From the NCBI GenBank assembly GCA_013265495.1, contig MU062282.1:397823-461822 (forward strand): a stretch of 64,000 nucleotides of DNA. The letters run 5' to 3'. This document shows, piece after piece, positions 59,151 through 64,000 of this stretch. This stretch comes from Vicugna vicugna. Taxonomy: Eukaryota. The notes under the pieces were generated by a model. It was not told the DNA's origin. It saw only the letters and a program-made list of their open reading frames with translations, and did not search any database. The translations under genes were made by a program, and so were the position numbers. Positions within the stretch are counted from its first letter, which is position 1. Each line of letters starts with the position of its first letter.

Positions 59151-59492
59151 GTTGACTCCACTCTCTTTCCAGCTGTTTGCTGAGAGGCTGTGTCTAGGGA
59201 CGGAGATGGCATTCAGGGTAGAGAGACGGGTCCCTTTTCAGAAATGGGCTCCCAGGGGCCCCAGGCTGGGAGCCTGAATTCACTCACTGACACTGTGGCT
59301 ATTCGGATGAAACGATGTGGAAAGAGAGGTGCGATGACCCAGCAAATTCTAGAGCTGAGAAGGCGAGCATCAAGGCGTGCAAGAGGGAGAAAAAGCAACA
59401 GGCTTGGGGCTGATTTCCAAGGGTGCTGGGCTTGGAGACTGAATTTGCCATACTGCCCGAAATGTTTTCTGGCATTTTCTCCTAAACACAGG

Positions 59493-59517
59493 CACACACA
59501 CACACACACACACACAC
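59493..59517. repeat. (CA)n microsatellite
   Basis: Direct. Confidence 0.95.
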
Positions 59518-59539
59518 GTTGATGTATATCCCTCAGTCT

Positions 59540-60450
59540 TCTGTGTGTATATGTATACATGCATACCCTTTTTAAAAGGCTGGACCATGTAATATATGCT
59601 AGTTACTTAATCTGCTCATTTTCACTTAATATACTGTGAACATCTTCCTAAGAAATGAATTTATGTTAATAATCTTCATACTATTCTATTAAGTGAATGC
59701 ACCGCAATTTATTTAATGAAGACTCTAAATTTGGACACAGGTGTTTACAATTTTCGCTGCTACTAGAAGCAACTTCATGATGACTGTTGATAGCTAAGTT
59801 TTTGGTGTATATCCTCCTTTATTTTCTCAGAATAGATTCCTTGCAGTGAAATCATTGAGTCAAAAGCACCTGTCTTTATAAGGCTTTTGATATGCATGGC
59901 CAGATTTTTTCCCCAGATTTTGCTAATTTTCGTTTTCACCAGCACTACATGAATGTGCTGATTTCTCCCACATTCCCTCCACTAGAAGGTATTATTATTT
60001 TTAAGTATCAGTTACCTTTATCTTAGCCTTTCAAAATTGCCTTTTTGTGTTTTCCTTTCAAATGAACTTGAAATAGCTCTTTATATATTAAGGATCTTGT
60101 CATTCTGGTCCATCACATTACAAATATTTTCCCAGTGTTTTTTTTTTTTGACTCCTGTAGGATTTTTAAAACTATTTTTCTCACAGAAAAAAATTTAGTC
60201 TGGTTATTTAAACCTTCTGCCTTTGTTTCCACATAAGAAATTCCTCCCTTACTATTAGATTTTTTAAATAGGCTCTTGTTGTTTATCCTAATACTTTATA
60301 ATCTGGTTCTAAAATATTTAAATCTTGACTCAAATGATTTGCCTCTGGGATACTGTGGAGGTGACAAAGGGCAGATTTCAAAGTTCACTTTTGCGTGCGT
60401 CTATAATACGGGCCTTAGGATTTTTTACAATGAGCAAGCACCACTTACGT
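59540..60450 (-). mobile_element. Old L1 (L1ME-like)
   Basis: tttttcacttaatatactgtgaacatc...ttccttgcagtgaaatcattgagtcaaaag...tttctccacattccctcc. Confidence 0.75.
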
Positions 60451-60994
60451 GGTTGAAACAATTATGAGAAATGTATCACCATTGGGTTTTTATTTTGGGA
60501 TCTGATATATCAAAACCTCACTTTTGCTGGCTTTCTAAATGGTTCCTCAGATGCCCGGAAGGAGTTACCTAGGTGAGAAAGGTGAAAAGGAAGAGGCAGT
60601 GAGGGGAAACAGTCCCTTTAGAGAAGCAAGAAAATGGACAGTAGATTCAGGGAATTCCAGGTCGATCCATGTGACTGGAGGAAAAGGTGCAGCTAGACTC
60701 CCTCCTCTCAATTTTGAGGGGGTTTGGGGGGAATACATTTTAAAAATTCAGAATTCAAAGATTAACAGCATCATTATTTGTGACAATGGTGACCACCCCC
60801 CTTCTAGAATTCATAACTATTAAGTTTTTGCTGTATTTGCTTTATCTTCTCATAATAAGAGAAATAAAACAGTACAGAGGAAATTAAGGTTCCCTTTGAT
60901 CTGCATTCCCCATTCTACTTTCTCATCTTGTGTTCATGCTTTTGGTACATTCCCATTTATGTTCCAATAAATTATACACACGAATGTGTGTGTG

Positions 60995-61280
60995 TGTGTG
61001 TTAAGATTAGGTTTGGCTGCAAGTAAAAGAAACCCCCAAAATAAAAAGAAGAGCAGATTTAAAAGATAAATGTTTATTTCTCTCTCATATAAAAGTATTG
61101 ATGGATAGTCTAGATCTGATGGGGCTTCCTTAGATTTCAGGAACACAGCTTTCTTCTCTTGTAGCTCCTCCATGCATTGGTTCCATTCCAAAATTTACTC
61201 CTTGGCCCAGAGTGGCTGTTCTAGCTCTGGCCATCACATCCATATTCTAATCTACAGAAAGGATAGGTGAGGCAAAGAAG
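60995..61280 (-). mobile_element. MaLR LTR fragment (MLT1K-like)
   Basis: ttaggtttggctgcaagtaaaagaaacccc...gctctggccatcacatccatattc. Confidence 0.7.
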
Positions 61281-61305
61281 AAATGTGAGAAGGCAGAGAG
61301 GAAAT

Positions 61306-61621
61306 GTGTGTGGTTTGAATATATTGAAGTCCTAACCCCCAGTATCTGTTCCTGTGACCTTATTTGGAAATGGGGCTTTGCAAATACAATCAAATTAAGA
61401 TGAAGTCATTCTGAATTAGTCTGGGTCCTAATCTACTATGATGAGTGTCCTTGTAAGAAGAGGGACACACAGACTCAAACACACAGGGAGAATGTCAGCC
61501 AAGAGAGCATGGCCATGCTGACAGGGACGCCAGCCTCCAGAGCCAGGAGAAATACATTTTTGCTGTTGAAAGCCACTCAGTTTATGGTGCTTTGTTGCAA
61601 CAGCTCTAGGAAGCCAATACT
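61306..61621 (+). mobile_element. MaLR solo LTR (MLT1B/C-like, internally deleted)
   Basis: gtcctaacccccagtatctg..tgtgaccttatttggaaatgggg...tttgttgcaacagctctaggaagccaatac. Confidence 0.9.
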
Positions 61622-61799
61622 AAAAGCCAGGGAGGAGAAGAGGAAGAGAAAGAAGACAAGAAAAATTAAAAACCTCTTGTCAGCTAACCTTCAGGAAGGT
61701 TCCTGGAAGCTGCCAAATAAGTGCTCACATCCAGTTGAGCACAGCTAGACGTGGCCACACCTCCTTGTGAGCAAACCTTTATTCTGAGTTTCTCTGTGC

Positions 61800-62400
61800 C
61801 CAACTCAAGTTTTTATTACAATGCGGAGAAAAATGGAAGAGTAGTGTTTTTATTTTTATTTACGTAAGTGACATCAACTATGGTCTTCCTTTGCAAATTT
61901 TTCCCACTCACTTCTTTGAGAGATTTATCTAGGTTGAAACGTAGCTCTAAATCACTATATTTAAGAGCGATATACCAGTCCACTATGCGTATTTACCACT
62001 ATTTACTTTCTGAATAATAGTAAGATTTTTTCACTTTTTTTTCTCTTACAAACAGAGCTGCAATAAATGTGGTGCTAGCTCCTGGAGCAAATATGGGAGA
62101 ATTTCCCTAAAGCATGAACCTATAGGTGAAATCTAGGTGATAGCATTATATACATTTTCAACTTTTAAAGATATTTCCAAATTGTTTTCTCAAGTGGTTG
62201 TACCAATATATAGCCTCTCCTGCTGTGTATCCCATTTTCCTGCCAACACTTCATTTTATTGGACTTTAAAATTTTTTCCAAAATTATAAGTGAAATAATG
62301 AAATGTACCCACTTGAAGTGCCCAGCTAAATAAATCTTGACAAGCATATACTTCCAAGTAAACATTTGACATAGCATAATCAAGACATAGAACATTTCTA
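61800..62400 (-). mobile_element. Old L1 (L1ME-like)
   Basis: gctgcaataaatg...ttccaaattgtttttctcaagtggttgtaccaat...cattttcctgccaacact. Confidence 0.8.
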
Positions 62401-62444
62401 TCACACAAAAGAATTCCTGCATGCGTTGTAAAACAGTCGTAAGC

Positions 62445-62597
62445 CAATAGATTTGAAAATGTAGATGAAATGGGAATTTTTCTTTGAAAACAACTTAGCA
62501 AAACTGACACAAGAAACAGCAGAAAATCTGAATACTCCTAAAGCTAATAAAGAAATCATATCTGCATTATTTTCCTTCCCTAATGCTACCCTCACAG

Positions 62598-62629
<32 letters not shown>

Positions 62630-62920
62630 ATACACACACATACACACATATACACACCCACACATCCCAACTCCTGGCCCAAATAACCTTACCAGTGAAT
62701 TCTTTTGAGTATTCAGGATAGAAAAAACACCAATCTAATAAAATTCTCAAAATTATGTTTCAACTCAATGCAAAATTCCATTCCATTCCATTCCAATTCA
62801 TTCAAAATTCGGGTAGAGTTTTGTGGACAATGATTACAGAATTCTAAAATGTATATGGAAATGCAAAGGATCAATAGAGTAATGATCATCTTGAACAAGA
62901 ACGAAGTTGGAGGGAGGCTG
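62445..62920 (+). mobile_element. Old L1 ORF2 fragment, interrupted by a CA-rich microsatellite (62598-62662)
   Basis: Translates NNLAKLTQETAENLNTPKANKEI (compare L1 LPKLTQEETENLNRPITSKEI); also ttctaaaatgtatatggaaatgcaaagg. Confidence 0.85.
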
Positions 62921-63179
62921 TCAGGGGTGTCAGTAATGCCCCGCACCTTGATCACGCAGTGGTCGTGTGGGAGTAATCACTTCACAAAAATTCAATGAGC
63001 TGTTCACTTGAGATGTATCCACATTGCTGCTCGTATGTTACATGTTAATACAGACGTTTACAAAACAAAGCAACCACCACAGTAAAAACTCTCCACTTCC
63101 CAGGAGCAAAGTGTCCCTGGATGGTCCCTCTTATTTACACCTGGCACTTCGGTGGGGATATATTGCTGTGTCTGAAAAT

Positions 63180-63540
63180 ATTAGAGCCAGAATCAGCCAG
63201 ACTGACTTTCAGATTTGGCTCTGCTGCTTGGATTGATATAACGACTTTGGAAAATGATCTAGCAGTGAGCATATGAACAGCCTGGGACATAGCAATTAAA
63301 CTACTAGGCAGATACTCCACGTCAAGGAGATACATGTAAACAATCAAAAACATGCAGCAACTCAAGTTCTAAGGATGGACCACCTTGGGGCAAATTGCTT
63401 TACCAATTTGAGTGTTAATTTCCACATCTGTAAAATGGACATAGGAGCCCCTACAGCTGCCTCACAGAACTGTGTCCAGGCAAGGAAAGAACTTAAGACT
63501 GGCCTTTGGCATAGAGCAGATGTTCAATAAACAGTGGCTG
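63180..63540 (+). mobile_element. MIR SINE (interrupted)
   Basis: ttagagccagaatcagccagactg...ccacatctgtaaaatggac...atgttcaataaacagtg. Confidence 0.65.
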
Positions 63541-64000
63541 GTATTTTTATTTGACTTTTAAATAAAGATGCCGTCGTTCATACCCTAGTAAAGTATAAAA
63601 TGTCTCTCCCACCACTCCTATAGCTCTAGACTTCCTCCTGACACCAGTACTTGCATTAATGTTTTCCAGGCAAGGCAATTAAGGTGGGAAAACTCACTTT
63701 ATTTCAGAAGTCCCAACCCGCTCTGCACAAAGGGTTCCTGGTGGACTAACAGGAAGGGACTGATTTTGCAAAGCATCACAGTCCACCCTGGGCTGAGGGG
63801 TCCCTCTCCCATCCCTGTGTCTGAGATCACGGTCAGTTCATTGAGGGCTTTCCGTTCCACCGTGGGCTCCTCTCCTCCCCCAGGATCGCTAGCCCTCAGT
63901 GAACTGCCTCCGCTGAGTTCACTCCCTCTGGAATCCACTGGGAAAACAGACACGGATTGTGTACACCACAGAATTAGCCTTTATATTTCATTGTGTGTCT

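Noticed and set aside
62776-62802. (TTCCA)n resembling satellite II/III
   Set aside because: Only about four units inside an old L1 fragment; an ordinary microsatellite.
1-64000. CRISPR arrays, operons or prokaryotic defence systems
   Set aside because: No regularly spaced repeat-spacer array and no prokaryotic gene architecture; the sequence is clearly mammalian.

Overview
Mammalian genomic DNA, most likely camelid. This rests on a tRNA-derived Vic-type SINE and camelid-style L1 3' ends, recognised from memory rather than by a search. I find no intact protein-coding exon, RNA gene or CRISPR array. Bases 1 to ~5,510 look like the distal part of a long + strand 3' UTR of an unidentified gene, ending in two poly(A) signals with a dense cluster of miRNA seed matches between them. 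The remaining ~58 kb is intergenic: MIR, L2, L1, MaLR/ERV solo LTRs and DNA transposon fossils, with several repeat-free, motif-rich islands that may be enhancers. The only gene-derived sequence I recognise is a decayed, 5'-truncated CDK11 (PITSLRE) processed pseudogene on the - strand (~24,754-26,562). The most notable observations are a MULE/Ricksha-like fossil with a FLYWCH remnant, a five-element nested insertion stack, many 10-25 nt deletions in the CDK11 retrocopy, a candidate 3' UTR intron and an 18-bp perfect palindrome. I cannot support a claim of a new biological system. Repeat family names come from recalled consensus sequences, and boundaries without TSDs are approximate (about +/-30 bp). 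There are four N gaps.
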